Sequence record: MK295203
Source of the DNA: Escherichia phage vB_EcoM_005
Reading direction: 5' to 3' (one strand)
DNA: 64,000 nt
Every line of letters starts with the position of its first letter. Position 1 is the stretch's first letter. Below are positions 9,875 to 19,943 of the stretch, piece after piece. The notes under the pieces are model-generated. The model was not told the origin of the DNA. It saw only the letters and a list, made by a program, of their open reading frames with translations, and did not search any database. The translations under genes and the position numbers were made by a program.

Positions 9875-10042
9875 ATGTTTATGACCACTTATTTTGATAC
9901 TCGTAAAAATTTCTGTGAAGTTGTTTTCTCTAAAGCAGGTAAAGATGTTCCTGCCGACAAACAACCTACTCGTGAATCTATTAAGGCTTATGGACCTCTG
10001 ACATCTATGGTGGTAATGTTAAATCACACGGCTTTCAGATGA
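9875..10042 (+). CDS. Hypothetical small protein
   Basis: Track ORF 9842..10042 begins inside the terminator hairpin; the internal ATG (MFMTTYFDTRK) has RBS GAGGAA. Confidence 0.4.
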   Translation: MFMTTYFDTRKNFCEVVFSKAGKDVPADKQPTRESIKAYGPLTSMVVMLNHTAFR

Positions 10043-10049
10043 GGTTCTA

Positions 10050-10244
10050 ATGCAACTATTCTTATCACAAACTGTTCAGCTAAAAGGTGTAGGTATTCCT
10101 GGAATGATTTCCAAGGTTCTACCTGCTTTTAAATTAGGTAATGTTACTATTAAAGAAGCCTACACCGTCCTATGGGTCGATGGAACTGAAGACGTTCGTA
10201 TGGGTGGTGAACTGTCTGTAATCAAATGTTTAAAGCGAGGATAA
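10050..10244 (+). CDS. Hypothetical protein
   Basis: 64 aa ORF. Confidence 0.45.
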   Translation: MQLFLSQTVQLKGVGIPGMISKVLPAFKLGNVTIKEAYTVLWVDGTEDVRMGGELSVIKCLKRG

Positions 10245-10245
10245 T

Positions 10246-10458
10246 ATGTTTAAGAAATTGATTCAGAAATTATTAGGTACGGAAATGGTCGAAGTGACTT
10301 ATCGCGTGACTGACGTAAGTCCATGGGCCCGAAATATTGAACCGTATACTAAAACAATTAAAATGCTGAAGTCTGACGGCGGATTATCTATTAAAGACCG
10401 CCTACCTGGTTACGGGCATTGGGCTGATGTCGAAATTATAAGTGTCAAAGATGTCTGA
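10246..10458 (+). CDS. Hypothetical protein
   Basis: 70 aa ORF. Confidence 0.45.
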   Translation: MFKKLIQKLLGTEMVEVTYRVTDVSPWARNIEPYTKTIKMLKSDGGLSIKDRLPGYGHWADVEIISVKDV

Positions 10459-10810
10459 GTTAGAAATCAGAAGTATTAAGGTGAAAAATCATGAACAACA
10501 AAAACGTATATTCAGAATGTCAGGCCTGGACGCACAAAAAGCTGGACGAACTTATGCTAGAGCTCAGGACCGTGGGACGCTGTTCTGGCTTGGAACTCCC
10601 ATTTCAAGATACTCTACAGCATGGAAAGAGTTGTACGAAAATGCTTATTTTGAAGCAGCGATCCAAAACCCAGGATTTCGCGATGCGTTACAATCCACAA
10701 AAGGTAGGGTTTTAAAGCATTCTATGGCAAGCCACCTTACAGAATGTGATACAATACTAACTGAAAAAGAGTTTATCGACATCCTAAACAAATTGAGAGA
10801 TTTATTATGA
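10442..10810 (+). CDS. Hypothetical protein (30.3-like position)
   Basis: 122 aa ORF. Confidence 0.5.
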   Translation: MSKMSELEIRSIKVKNHEQQKRIFRMSGLDAQKAGRTYARAQDRGTLFWLGTPISRYSTAWKELYENAYFEAAIQNPGFRDALQSTKGRVLKHSMASHLTECDTILTEKEFIDILNKLRDLL

Positions 10811-11445
10811 AACCAGTTATCTTAACAGATATCGATGGAGTATGTTTAAGTTGGCAGTCCGGCTTGCCTTATTTCGCACAGAAATATAATTTGCCTTTAG
10901 AACATATTTTGAATATGATTCAGGACGAACGTTTCTTATCTCCAGGCGAGCTGTTTAATTGTGATAATGAATTAGGCGCTCGTTTAATCGAGAAATATAA
11001 TCAGTCGGATTTTATTCGTTATCTGTCTCCTTACATGGACGCATTAAAACATATCAACAAGCTCAAAAAAGACTTCGATTTTGTAGCCGTGACTGCGCTA
11101 GGCGACTCAATTGATGCCCTGCTGAATAGACAATTCAATTTGAATGCTTTGTTCCCTGGCGCATTCAAGGAGATTCTGATGTGTGGTCATTCAGAATCAA
11201 AAGAAGACCTCTTCATAAGAGCTAAAAATACGTACGGTAAACGTATTAAGTTTTATGTTGATGATTTGGCTCACCACTGTGATGCTGCATCTAATGTTCT
11301 CATGGATATCCAAGTTTATTGGTTAGCTCGTGGTGAACGTGACTTTAAACCTAATTTAGCCGTAAAGGTTAATTCATGGGACGATATCGCAGCTATCGAA
11401 TCCCTTCGTAATAATGCTGCAGTTGAATGGATTGCGCGAGGTTAA
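10807..11445 (+). CDS. HAD-superfamily phosphatase-like protein (30.2-like)
   Basis: N-terminal ILTDIDGV (DxDG motif I of HAD hydrolases); 212 aa. Confidence 0.6.
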   Translation: MKPVILTDIDGVCLSWQSGLPYFAQKYNLPLEHILNMIQDERFLSPGELFNCDNELGARLIEKYNQSDFIRYLSPYMDALKHINKLKKDFDFVAVTALGDSIDALLNRQFNLNALFPGAFKEILMCGHSESKEDLFIRAKNTYGKRIKFYVDDLAHHCDAASNVLMDIQVYWLARGERDFKPNLAVKVNSWDDIAAIESLRNNAAVEWIARG

Positions 11446-11456
11446 TATGTTTGTAG

Positions 11457-11725
11457 TTCATACAATTTCAGACTATGGTCCTACCACTACAATGGATTAT
11501 GGTCATGTAAACCAGTTTATTCGTCATGTGAATCATGATTACTCATTTGATGTAAATCCGGCTAAAGACCATCCTGTTTGGCGCGAATGTGTCGAACAGG
11601 GATTCATTTATGTTCATTTTATGTCCAAGTTCAAATCCGATGGGCGAATGAGATTTGTGTTCTCTTATCATAAGCGATTAGACTTGCTTTTGGCTGATGT
11701 GGCTTATAATAGAATTCATGACTAA
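11457..11725 (+). CDS. Hypothetical protein (30.1-like position)
   Basis: Internal ATG (MFVVHTISDYG) of track ORF 11414..11725. Confidence 0.45.
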
Positions 11726-11735
11726 TGAGGTGATT

Positions 11736-13259
11736 ATGATTTTAGATATCTTGAACGAAATTGCTGCTATTGATTCCACTAAAGCTAAAGAAGCCATTAT
11801 TGCTCGTGAAAAGGACAATGAGCTTCTGAAACGTGTTTATCGTATGGCTTATACTCGTCGTTTGAACTACGGTATTAAAAAGTGGCCAGAACCTGGATTT
11901 ACGTCTCAATCCTTTGGTATGATTACTCTTGAAGACCTTCTTGATTTCGCAGAGTTCACATTAGCCACTCGTAAGGTTACTGGTAATGCTGCTATTGAAG
12001 AACTGGCCCAAATCATTGCTGATGCTAAGGCTCAAGATGCCGAGGTATTACGTCGTGTAATGATGCGCGACCTTGAATGTGGTGCATCGATTTCTATTGC
12101 TAACAAGGTTTGGAAAGGTTTAATCCCTGAACAACCACAGATGTTGGCTAGTTCTTATGATGAAGATTTGATTAAGAAAAATATTAAATGGCCTGCGTTT
12201 GCTCAATTAAAAGCTGATGGCGCTCGTTGTTTTGCTGAAGTTCGTAACGATGGGGTCACATTCCTTACTCGTGGTGGTAACGAATATCAAGGGCTTAATC
12301 TTTTGGCGGCTGAATTAATGGCAATGACCGAAGAAGCTCGACAACGCCATCCTAATGGTGTTATGATTGACGGCGAATTAGTTTACCACACTCCTAAAGT
12401 AGAACCTAAAGCATCTAATGATTTGTTTAGTATGTTTGATGAGGAACTTCCTGAATTAAGTAAGGCTAAGGAATTCCAAACTGTCGCCGATCGTTCCACG
12501 TCAAACGGCTTGGCTAACAAGGCTCTTCAAGGAACTATTACTCCAACCGAAGCCGCAGGTATGGTATTACAGGCGTGGGATTATGTCCCGTTGGATGTCG
12601 TATATTCCGAAGGTAAAATTAAAGGCGATAAGTATGATGTACGCTTTGCAGCCTTAGAACTTATGGTTGCTCATAATGTCGTATTGCATGGTACAACGCG
12701 TGTCGAAGCTATCGAAAACCAGTGGGTTAATAATCTTGAAGAAGCTAAAGTCGTTTATAAGAAATATGTCGACCAGGGCCTGGAAGGCATTATCCTTAAG
12801 AACATGGACTCCTACTGGGAAAACCGCCGTTCTAAGAATCTTATCAAGTTCAAAGAAGTAATCGATATCGCTTTAGAAGTGGTAGGTTATTATGAACACT
12901 CGAAGGACCCTAACAAACTAGGCGGTGTCGAGTTGGTATCGCGTTGTCGTCGAATTACAAGTGACTGTGGTTCAGGCTTTAAAGATACCACCCATAAGAA
13001 AGATAAATCAGGTAAAAAGGTATTGATTCCATTGGAAGACCGTCCTGATTTAGACCGTGAACTTCTCATGAAACAAGCTCGTGAAGGTAAGTTGATTGGA
13101 CGTATTGCTGACTGTGAATGTAATGGTTGGGTTCATTCTAAAGGACGTACTGATACCGTAGGTATTTTCCTTCCAATCATTAAAGGTTGGCGTTTCGATA
13201 AAACAGAAGCTGATACATTTGAAGATGTATTCGGTGATTGGTCTCAAACTGGACTATAA
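11736..13259 (+). CDS. 30: ATP-dependent DNA ligase (gp30)
   Basis: Start MILDILNEIAAID with RBS GAGG; KADGAR adenylation motif (QLKADGARCFAEV); colinear with T4 ligase; track ORF 11697..13259. Confidence 0.92.
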   Translation: MILDILNEIAAIDSTKAKEAIIAREKDNELLKRVYRMAYTRRLNYGIKKWPEPGFTSQSFGMITLEDLLDFAEFTLATRKVTGNAAIEELAQIIADAKAQDAEVLRRVMMRDLECGASISIANKVWKGLIPEQPQMLASSYDEDLIKKNIKWPAFAQLKADGARCFAEVRNDGVTFLTRGGNEYQGLNLLAAELMAMTEEARQRHPNGVMIDGELVYHTPKVEPKASNDLFSMFDEELPELSKAKEFQTVADRSTSNGLANKALQGTITPTEAAGMVLQAWDYVPLDVVYSEGKIKGDKYDVRFAALELMVAHNVVLHGTTRVEAIENQWVNNLEEAKVVYKKYVDQGLEGIILKNMDSYWENRRSKNLIKFKEVIDIALEVVGYYEHSKDPNKLGGVELVSRCRRITSDCGSGFKDTTHKKDKSGKKVLIPLEDRPDLDRELLMKQAREGKLIGRIADCECNGWVHSKGRTDTVGIFLPIIKGWRFDKTEADTFEDVFGDWSQTGL

Positions 13260-13260
13260 T

Positions 13261-13443
13261 ATGAAAGCTTATTTAGAAACCGTGGTTATTGGATATAAAG
13301 AAGGTGGCGATGTCTCCACCGCAGTGTCCCAAATTGTCCTTGAATTTGAAAATGAAATCGCGTTCGCCGATTTTAAAGATAATTTCGGCCGCTATGAAAA
13401 GGGCCCTAAATTTGAAGTGTACCGTACGTTGTTAGTACTTTAA
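13261..13443 (+). CDS. Hypothetical small protein
   Basis: Internal ATG (MKAYLETVVIGYKEGG) of track ORF 13219..13443. Confidence 0.4.
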   Translation: MKAYLETVVIGYKEGGDVSTAVSQIVLEFENEIAFADFKDNFGRYEKGPKFEVYRTLLVL

Positions 13444-13444
13444 T

Positions 13445-13467
13445 AAAGGCCTTCGGGCCTTTTCTGG
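13445..13467 (+). terminator. Rho-independent terminator
   Basis: GGCCTTCGGGCC hairpin plus TTTTCT. Confidence 0.65.
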
Positions 13468-13497
13468 CATAAATAAGGTTATTAAAGAGGAATTATT

Positions 13498-15582
13498 ATG
13501 ACCGAACAATTAAATGAAGTGTTTGAGTCCGAAGGCACACTGCCTACAGTAAACTTGAACCCTAAACTTAAAGTACCACAGATTTGGAAGATTGGCGACG
13601 CGGAATCCCAATTGGTTGCTCGTATGGTATCCTATGCCTCTGAAGGCGACGCCATTAAACAAGTTAAATTAGGTGACAAATATGCCCACGTTATTTTGAT
13701 GAGTTTATCAGCTAAAGGTACTCCAGCCGAACTTAAGGGTGGCCTTGGCCCTACTCCTGTAGATGCGATTAATACTATTTTTGATGTGGTTTATGACCAA
13801 GTTAAAAAGCTTCGTATGGATGCCGTGATGTTCCGTTTTCCTACCAAGAAAATGAAAGGACAAGGGCCTATTGTCCAACGTATTATCCAACGTTTGGTAG
13901 CACAGAAAACCGGTGGACGTTTTAAAGTAGTTCCAGCTATGTACCAATTTACCGGTAAACATACTTATATCCTAGTAGTTCGTAAACAAGCTGATATCGA
14001 AGATATCAAAGGTATGCCAGGAATTAATTCCGAATTATACACTAAGGTAGATTCTGATGTCGGTGAAGTTTATATTTCTAAAAAAGAAGGCGCTCAGGTT
14101 ACTAAAGAAACTGCTATTGCCGGCAGTATTGCTAAAGTTGAAGAACGTCGCACTGATAAAATGGTTATAACCAAGACTAAGATTTCCCGTCGTGCTATTG
14201 CGGCAAGCCAGTCATTAGAAGCAGATCGTAATGAAGGTGAATTGTTTCAGAAATATGAACAAACTGCCAATGAGTTCAGTGCGCCTGCTACGGCGGAATT
14301 AATTCCACAAGCGGCCGAAGTTGAATTATCATTATCATCCGAAACAGCTAAGGATAAGCTGGCTACGGCTATTGATTTTAAAATTTATAATACTATGGAT
14401 GATTCATTTAAATTTGCGGATGAAGTTTCTTACGGTGATAAAATTAACTCTTCTTTAGAAAAATTTGTCAAAAAAATTAAAAATGAAAAAACCACGTCAG
14501 TTAAAGCTTTAGCTGCCTTTGTTGAAGTTGCTAATGAAATCGCAGAATCTATTAAAAGTGATTGGTTTGAAGATTATAGAAAAGACAATTTCCATTTGGA
14601 AAAAGAGATATTGAATGAAAACAGTGAAAGAGTATGGAAACAACGTAAGTCTTCATTCTTGTCTAAGATAATGTATACATACGCTATAGAATCAACTAGA
14701 GAAATTCTTAATATAACAACATCTCGAGACCCTAAACAATATACACTTGCAGAAAAACGAGCTATCAGAGAATACGCCTCTTCAGCTTATGTTGATATTA
14801 ACAATGTCCTTCTTGGCCGTTATAAACCGGGCTTTTATGAAGTTTTGGACGAAAGCGAAGTTAAACGTGCTATTGATGGAATGGATTCTGCCTTTAAAAA
14901 TGGTGACCGTTTACCTGAAGGAATAATGGTTTATAGAGCACAATCTTTGCGCGCGCCTATCTACGAAGCATTAGTTAAAAATAAGGTATTCTATTTTAGA
15001 AACTATGTTTCAACCTCATTGGCTCCAATCATTTTTGGTGGCTTTAAAGAGAATGCGGCTATTGGTCTTGCTTCCGATGATGTTCGAAAAGAATTAAACA
15101 TTGATAATAATGACGAAGGTGTTACCATCTCTGCTAGTCAAGTGCGTACACATATGTATGCACCGGATCAAATCCGTGTTGATGTTGGCTGGGCTATTAG
15201 TGGTGCTCATAAGGTTAACGTGATTTATCCTGGCCAATTAAGCATGCATGCCAACGAAAAGGAAATAATTTTACCACGCGGGCTACTTGTAAAAATAGAT
15301 AAAATCGTGGATGCATCAGCCAATACTGGTTCTGCGGTGTCTAACAATAAATTTATTCAAGCCGAAGTTATGACGTCAGATGAGCTTCAAGAGTCAGTGG
15401 TATATGATGGTGACGTACTAGTGGAAACCGGCGAGTTGGTCGTATATCAAGATGATTTCGATACTTCCGAAAGCCCTGTATCTTTTGATTCATTTGTTAA
15501 ATCTACACGGGTTGATGTACTGACTCTTTTGGCTTCATGCATAGACCTCTATGACATCCCAGAAAAATTCATCCAAGGGTAA
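13498..15582 (+). CDS. alt: Alt-like ADP-ribosyltransferase (paralog A)
   Basis: 694 aa (T4 Alt 682 aa); ART R / S-T-S / E-x-E triad present: YRAQSL, YVSTSL, HANEKEIILP. Confidence 0.75.
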   Translation: MTEQLNEVFESEGTLPTVNLNPKLKVPQIWKIGDAESQLVARMVSYASEGDAIKQVKLGDKYAHVILMSLSAKGTPAELKGGLGPTPVDAINTIFDVVYDQVKKLRMDAVMFRFPTKKMKGQGPIVQRIIQRLVAQKTGGRFKVVPAMYQFTGKHTYILVVRKQADIEDIKGMPGINSELYTKVDSDVGEVYISKKEGAQVTKETAIAGSIAKVEERRTDKMVITKTKISRRAIAASQSLEADRNEGELFQKYEQTANEFSAPATAELIPQAAEVELSLSSETAKDKLATAIDFKIYNTMDDSFKFADEVSYGDKINSSLEKFVKKIKNEKTTSVKALAAFVEVANEIAESIKSDWFEDYRKDNFHLEKEILNENSERVWKQRKSSFLSKIMYTYAIESTREILNITTSRDPKQYTLAEKRAIREYASSAYVDINNVLLGRYKPGFYEVLDESEVKRAIDGMDSAFKNGDRLPEGIMVYRAQSLRAPIYEALVKNKVFYFRNYVSTSLAPIIFGGFKENAAIGLASDDVRKELNIDNNDEGVTISASQVRTHMYAPDQIRVDVGWAISGAHKVNVIYPGQLSMHANEKEIILPRGLLVKIDKIVDASANTGSAVSNNKFIQAEVMTSDELQESVVYDGDVLVETGELVVYQDDFDTSESPVSFDSFVKSTRVDVLTLLASCIDLYDIPEKFIQG

Positions 15583-15585
15583 ATA

Positions 15586-17610
15586 ATGGAAAATTTAAAC
15601 GAAGTTTTTGATAGCGATTCCGCTAAAAACTATCCAGTAATAAATCTTAAACCGGGTTCCGGTATTCCGCAGATTTTCTCTATCCAAGCACCAGGTAATG
15701 ATAACTTGGTCGCTCGTATGGTATCTTATGCGTCTCAAGGAGACGCTATTAAAATGGTTAAGCCAGGCGACAAATATGTCCACGTTATTCTAATGAGTTT
15801 GTCGAGCAAGGGTGCTCCGGCTGAACTTAAGGGCGGCCTTGGTTCTGACCCACTTGGTACACTGAATACCATTTTTGATACCGTATACGAACAAGTAAAC
15901 AAACTTAAAATGGATGCGGTTTTATTCCGTTTCCCTACCAAGAAAATGAAAGGTAAGGGCCCTACTGTCCAACGCGTATTAGCTCGTTTGGTGATGGCTC
16001 GTACCGGTGGTAAGTTTAAAGTTGTCGATGATATGTTCCAATTCAGTGGAAAACATACCTATGTTCTTTTAGTACGTCGTGGTTCTAATATCGAAGATAT
16101 CAAGGGTATGCCTGAAATTGATGCCGACCTTTATACCAAAGTCGATTCTAAAGTCGGCGAAGTTTATGTTTCTAAGAAAACAGGCCAGGCCGTAAGTAAG
16201 GTAGAAGCCGTAGCGGCATCTATTGCACAGGTTGAAGAGAAACGTACCGATAAGGCTGTCATTACTCGTACTAAGATTTCCCGTCGTATGGCGGCTGCCG
16301 CGCAGTATTCTACTGCTGAGCCTGAAACTTTGTCCCCTAAAGAATTGCAGGTTTATAACGAATTTGAAGCTTCTGTACCGGTTCACACTGCCGAAGGCCT
16401 TGAGAACGAAGGTATTGAACAGATTAGTCAGAACTTTAAAAAAGGTGCTATTACCAAAATGCGCCAGGCTTCTCAGTTTAAATCTAAGAGTGAGGACCTT
16501 GCCAACTTTAGATACACTATTGCTCTCACACACGCTTTAATGACTGATAGTAAATTTAAACTAAATTATGCTAATAGAGATAAACAAGGGTTTGAAATTT
16601 ACTCTAAAAATATGGCATTTTTTAATACAGAAGTCGATAGACTTTTAAGCGGCCTTTCGCAAATCAATACAACCAATAGTCTGGATATTATTAAGAAAAT
16701 TGTTAATAACCTGAGCGCCCGTTTTAATGGCTCCCCTTCAGAGAAAGCATCTCGAATTGCTTTCGCTATGGAAGCCGTTTATAAACTGGTTAACGATTCT
16801 ATTGGTGATGCATATGCTTATTCAGGCGAGCTCATTAAACCTAAGGACCTAACCAAAGACGAAAGCAATGCTATTATTGAATATTGTGCGGCTGAATATG
16901 CTCCTATGAACTTATTCCTTTTAGGTAAACCTGAATCCGAAAACAATACAACGGCTATTAGATTGATTAAGGATTTAGACTCAGCATTTACTAAGGGTAT
17001 TAAACTTCCTAAGGGTACTATTTTGTATCGTGGTCAGGATTTGCCATACAAAATTCTGCGTCATAATATCGATAACAAAACATTTTACTTTAAGAACTTT
17101 GTGTCAGCCTCATTAAAGCCTAACATCTTTGGTGAATTTGGTAAAAATTATATGGCCCTCGACAACCAAGCCGTTTTTGTTGGTGGTGAAGGTTCTTTAT
17201 CCTCCGCTGATGAGTTGTTTAAATTGGCTAGTGGTAGTTCATCTGATGTAGGCGAAGTCGATGATGAAGAGGTAGAATGGGAAGAAGACGAGTTCGGTAA
17301 TCCAATTGCACCTGAAGGTCCTGCGGATAGAATTGCTGAAATTGGTATGGTTATTCGAGGTGCTGAAGCAGTTAAAGTTATCGCTCCTGGCGACCTTACA
17401 GAATATGCGGAAGCTACCGTAACACCTCCTTCAGAGCTCAGCGAATCTGTTTACGATGGTGACCATTTGATGGAAACTGGTGAAGTTCGCCTGATGGATG
17501 GATTTAGTCAATTCTTGGTTAATGAATCCGTTTCTGAAAGCAACGAAGCTATGGAAATCCTTGCCGCGTCTTTGGATATCTCTTCTTTATCAAATAAATT
17601 CAAAATGTAG
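15586..17610 (+). CDS. Alt-like ADP-ribosyltransferase paralog B, divergent C-terminal domain
   Basis: 674 aa; N-terminal ~230 aa about 70-75% identical to paralog A; R (YRGQDL) and S-x-S (FVSASL) present, but no clear E-x-E at the aligned position (GAEAVKVIAP); acidic insert DDEEVEWEEDE. Confidence 0.7.
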   Translation: MENLNEVFDSDSAKNYPVINLKPGSGIPQIFSIQAPGNDNLVARMVSYASQGDAIKMVKPGDKYVHVILMSLSSKGAPAELKGGLGSDPLGTLNTIFDTVYEQVNKLKMDAVLFRFPTKKMKGKGPTVQRVLARLVMARTGGKFKVVDDMFQFSGKHTYVLLVRRGSNIEDIKGMPEIDADLYTKVDSKVGEVYVSKKTGQAVSKVEAVAASIAQVEEKRTDKAVITRTKISRRMAAAAQYSTAEPETLSPKELQVYNEFEASVPVHTAEGLENEGIEQISQNFKKGAITKMRQASQFKSKSEDLANFRYTIALTHALMTDSKFKLNYANRDKQGFEIYSKNMAFFNTEVDRLLSGLSQINTTNSLDIIKKIVNNLSARFNGSPSEKASRIAFAMEAVYKLVNDSIGDAYAYSGELIKPKDLTKDESNAIIEYCAAEYAPMNLFLLGKPESENNTTAIRLIKDLDSAFTKGIKLPKGTILYRGQDLPYKILRHNIDNKTFYFKNFVSASLKPNIFGEFGKNYMALDNQAVFVGGEGSLSSADELFKLASGSSSDVGEVDDEEVEWEEDEFGNPIAPEGPADRIAEIGMVIRGAEAVKVIAPGDLTEYAEATVTPPSELSESVYDGDHLMETGEVRLMDGFSQFLVNESVSESNEAMEILAASLDISSLSNKFKM

Positions 17611-17639
17611 TTTACAACACCACAAGGATGTGGTACTAT
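17610..17639 (+). promoter_or_regulatory. T4-type early promoter (GTTTACA-N17-TACTAT)
   Basis: GTTTACAACACCACAAGGATGTGGTACTAT. Confidence 0.55.
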
Positions 17640-17667
17640 TACCTTACACAAACATGAGGAGAACATT

Positions 17668-17958
17668 ATGAAATCTGCATTCCGTTTTAATGGTCAAGAA
17701 CTGGTAGTTGAAAACGTTATCCCTGCTTCTGAAGAGTTTGACAGTGCCGTAGGTAATGAATTACGTCGAGTTTTCGGTGAAGACAAACAGTTTGATATCC
17801 GACCTGTTGAGAATTTTTCTTATCCAGAACAAACCGAAAACATTTTTAACGGTGTAGTGACAGGACAACTCGAATCTGAAGCTCCTATTTCAGTTACGGT
17901 ATTTGTTAAAAAGCAACCGCTAATGACGGCAGCAGGTTTCATTTCGTTCCGTAAATAA
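17668..17958 (+). CDS. Hypothetical protein
   Basis: 96 aa ORF with RBS GAGGAG, downstream of the early promoter. Confidence 0.55.
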   Translation: MKSAFRFNGQELVVENVIPASEEFDSAVGNELRRVFGEDKQFDIRPVENFSYPEQTENIFNGVVTGQLESEAPISVTVFVKKQPLMTAAGFISFRK

Positions 17959-17963
17959 ACCCC

Positions 17964-17990
17964 TAAAGGAGAGCATATGCTCTCCTTTTT
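17964..17990. terminator. Bidirectional terminator between convergent + and - genes
   Basis: AAAGGAGAGCATATGCTCTCCTTTTTT: palindromic hairpin flanked by A-run and T-run. Confidence 0.7.
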
Positions 17991-17992
17991 TG

Positions 17993-18847
17993 TTATAACA
18001 GCCTCGATATTCCATTATTAATAGCACGCCCACCAAATGTATTAACCAATCCTGTTAATCCACTAGAAGCTCCTGAAAGTCTACTTAATTTGGCCACTGA
18101 AGAACTCAGCGAATTGCTCTCACTTAGCCCAGCGACGCCTTTAATAATCTTATCTTCCAACCACTCATAAGCAGCTTGTTTACCAACTGCACCCGTCTGT
18201 ACACTTCTATAAGCAAATGTAACATCAAATGAAGCAATTTGGTTATCACCGTCGTAGGATAATTCCGGTGACGAAACACCAACAGGAACACAACCATTGT
18301 CTTGAACACTATTGACCCAATCATTAAAAGCACGGTAGTTAGCAGCTTCAGAATCCATACGGAAGCTTAATACCAATGGAGAATATTCTCTTCCGGTAAT
18401 TTTGATGTTAGGCGAGTTGTGGTTCAAATCCATTTCATAGTTCAAAGTATTATCCGGGATTTTAACGGCGTGGACTAAAAGACCTGCCGTAGGATAGGCC
18501 ATATTGAAAAAATCCATCAGATATGTACCTACTTCAAACTCTCCTAGTAAGCTCTGCACAACCCTGGATGACATAGCTCCAATCAGATATTTACTTATGC
18601 CTGACTTACGAATCAACTTCTGAGTGCCCGCTGTCACTAATGTCGTAACACCTTGGGCCAACTCTCCTTGTGTAATACCAAACAAATCGGTATTCAATGG
18701 GATATTGTTAAATAAAGCTCCACCGAACTGGTCGAGGAGCGCTTGGGATTTAGAAGAAGGAACCGTAGCAAATACTACACTAAACAGGTTATTCCTCTGT
18801 AGGTCAATATTAATTGCCTGGTTCTGAAATTCTTGTAAAGTATACAT
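17993..18847 (-). CDS. 54: Baseplate tail-tube initiator gp54
   Basis: MYTLQEFQNQAINIDLQRNN...TAGTQKLIRKSG...SFRMDSEA matches T4 gp54; 284 aa versus 320 in T4. Confidence 0.85.
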   Translation of the reverse strand: MYTLQEFQNQAINIDLQRNNLFSVVFATVPSSKSQALLDQFGGALFNNIPLNTDLFGITQGELAQGVTTLVTAGTQKLIRKSGISKYLIGAMSSRVVQSLLGEFEVGTYLMDFFNMAYPTAGLLVHAVKIPDNTLNYEMDLNHNSPNIKITGREYSPLVLSFRMDSEAANYRAFNDWVNSVQDNGCVPVGVSSPELSYDGDNQIASFDVTFAYRSVQTGAVGKQAAYEWLEDKIIKGVAGLSESNSLSSSVAKLSRLSGASSGLTGLVNTFGGRAINNGISRLL

Positions 18848-19935
18848 TAGAATCCTTCCGTATAAAGTGAGCCACGGTTCAGAGTAATAATTTCACGGAA
18901 AGTAACTTCTAAACTAAACGTAGATGGTAAGTTAGGAGCAATAGCCAATCCGTTAAAATGGCCGTCCGGAGTTTTATCAAAACGGATACTCTGGATTTGG
19001 CATGGACCAAAAATATCTTCACGACCATCATATGAACTGCTATCACCAAAGTTTCGGATATACCAAATGGTAGGGTTACTTACCACAATAACATTAGAAA
19101 GGAAGCTTGTAATACTTTCCCCTAATAGCTTACCGTCAAACTTGTCAATAGCTTCTTTTTTAAACGTAGAACGATACCAGGTATCAATCTTATCTTTTAA
19201 TTCGCCTGCGAAGGCTGAATTGCCTGTTTCGCCATAAGAATAGTAATTAAAGATTTCATATATTTTAATAATCTGGATAAGGTCTTGGGCGTTTCGTGGA
19301 GTCATTTCCCAGGTAAATACCTTAGTACGGTTATCCGGGCCCGCATACATACTACGAGCGGTAGTGTATATCTGTTCACCCGAATCAGCCATTACACCAT
19401 TAGTTACAGATTCCAATGCACCAAATACCGCAGTACTTGCAACGTTACTCAAAATACCTGTAGCAGTACCACCACCTTTAGTAATCAATGATTCGCCTAC
19501 ATCGTTAAATTTATGTGACACAGAATCCACATCAGATTTAGAACGAGGTAAAAGAATATTGGCTAAGGCTTGGGTATCAAATTTAACGCCCTTAGTATTT
19601 CCGCCAAATAAGTTTTTAACAGCACTATAGGTTCCACTGTTGCCTGTTAATTTGCTGGCTGCACTTGAGAACTTTTTAGTCATTTGACTCGAACGGTCGT
19701 TACGCAAATCCGGAGATACACGAGAACTAAAATTATATGCAGTAAAAAGCAAGCCATTTTTATAGAGGTCGTTTAATACCATATCGGTTGAGGTATCATT
19801 ACCTGAAGCACGCTCAGCTGGGTACTGAGCAGTTACCGTGGTTTTTATTGCTTGTGTTTTAGATTGACCTGCGGAGGTCTTTGAACCTCCTTTAAACAAG
19901 GAGGCTACATCAAAGTCAAGTTCTTTTACTTTCAT
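18847..19935 (-). CDS. 48: Baseplate tail-tube cap gp48
   Basis: 362 aa (T4 364 aa), syntenic between 54 and 29. Confidence 0.8.
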   Translation of the reverse strand: MKVKELDFDVASLFKGGSKTSAGQSKTQAIKTTVTAQYPAERASGNDTSTDMVLNDLYKNGLLFTAYNFSSRVSPDLRNDRSSQMTKKFSSAASKLTGNSGTYSAVKNLFGGNTKGVKFDTQALANILLPRSKSDVDSVSHKFNDVGESLITKGGGTATGILSNVASTAVFGALESVTNGVMADSGEQIYTTARSMYAGPDNRTKVFTWEMTPRNAQDLIQIIKIYEIFNYYSYGETGNSAFAGELKDKIDTWYRSTFKKEAIDKFDGKLLGESITSFLSNVIVVSNPTIWYIRNFGDSSSYDGREDIFGPCQIQSIRFDKTPDGHFNGLAIAPNLPSTFSLEVTFREIITLNRGSLYTEGF

Positions 19936-19943
19936 TATTAATC

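Noticed and set aside
10491-10715. 74-aa alternative-frame ORF nested inside the 30.3-like gene
   Set aside because: Fully embedded in a longer ORF with better start context; cannot support as a separate gene without expression data.
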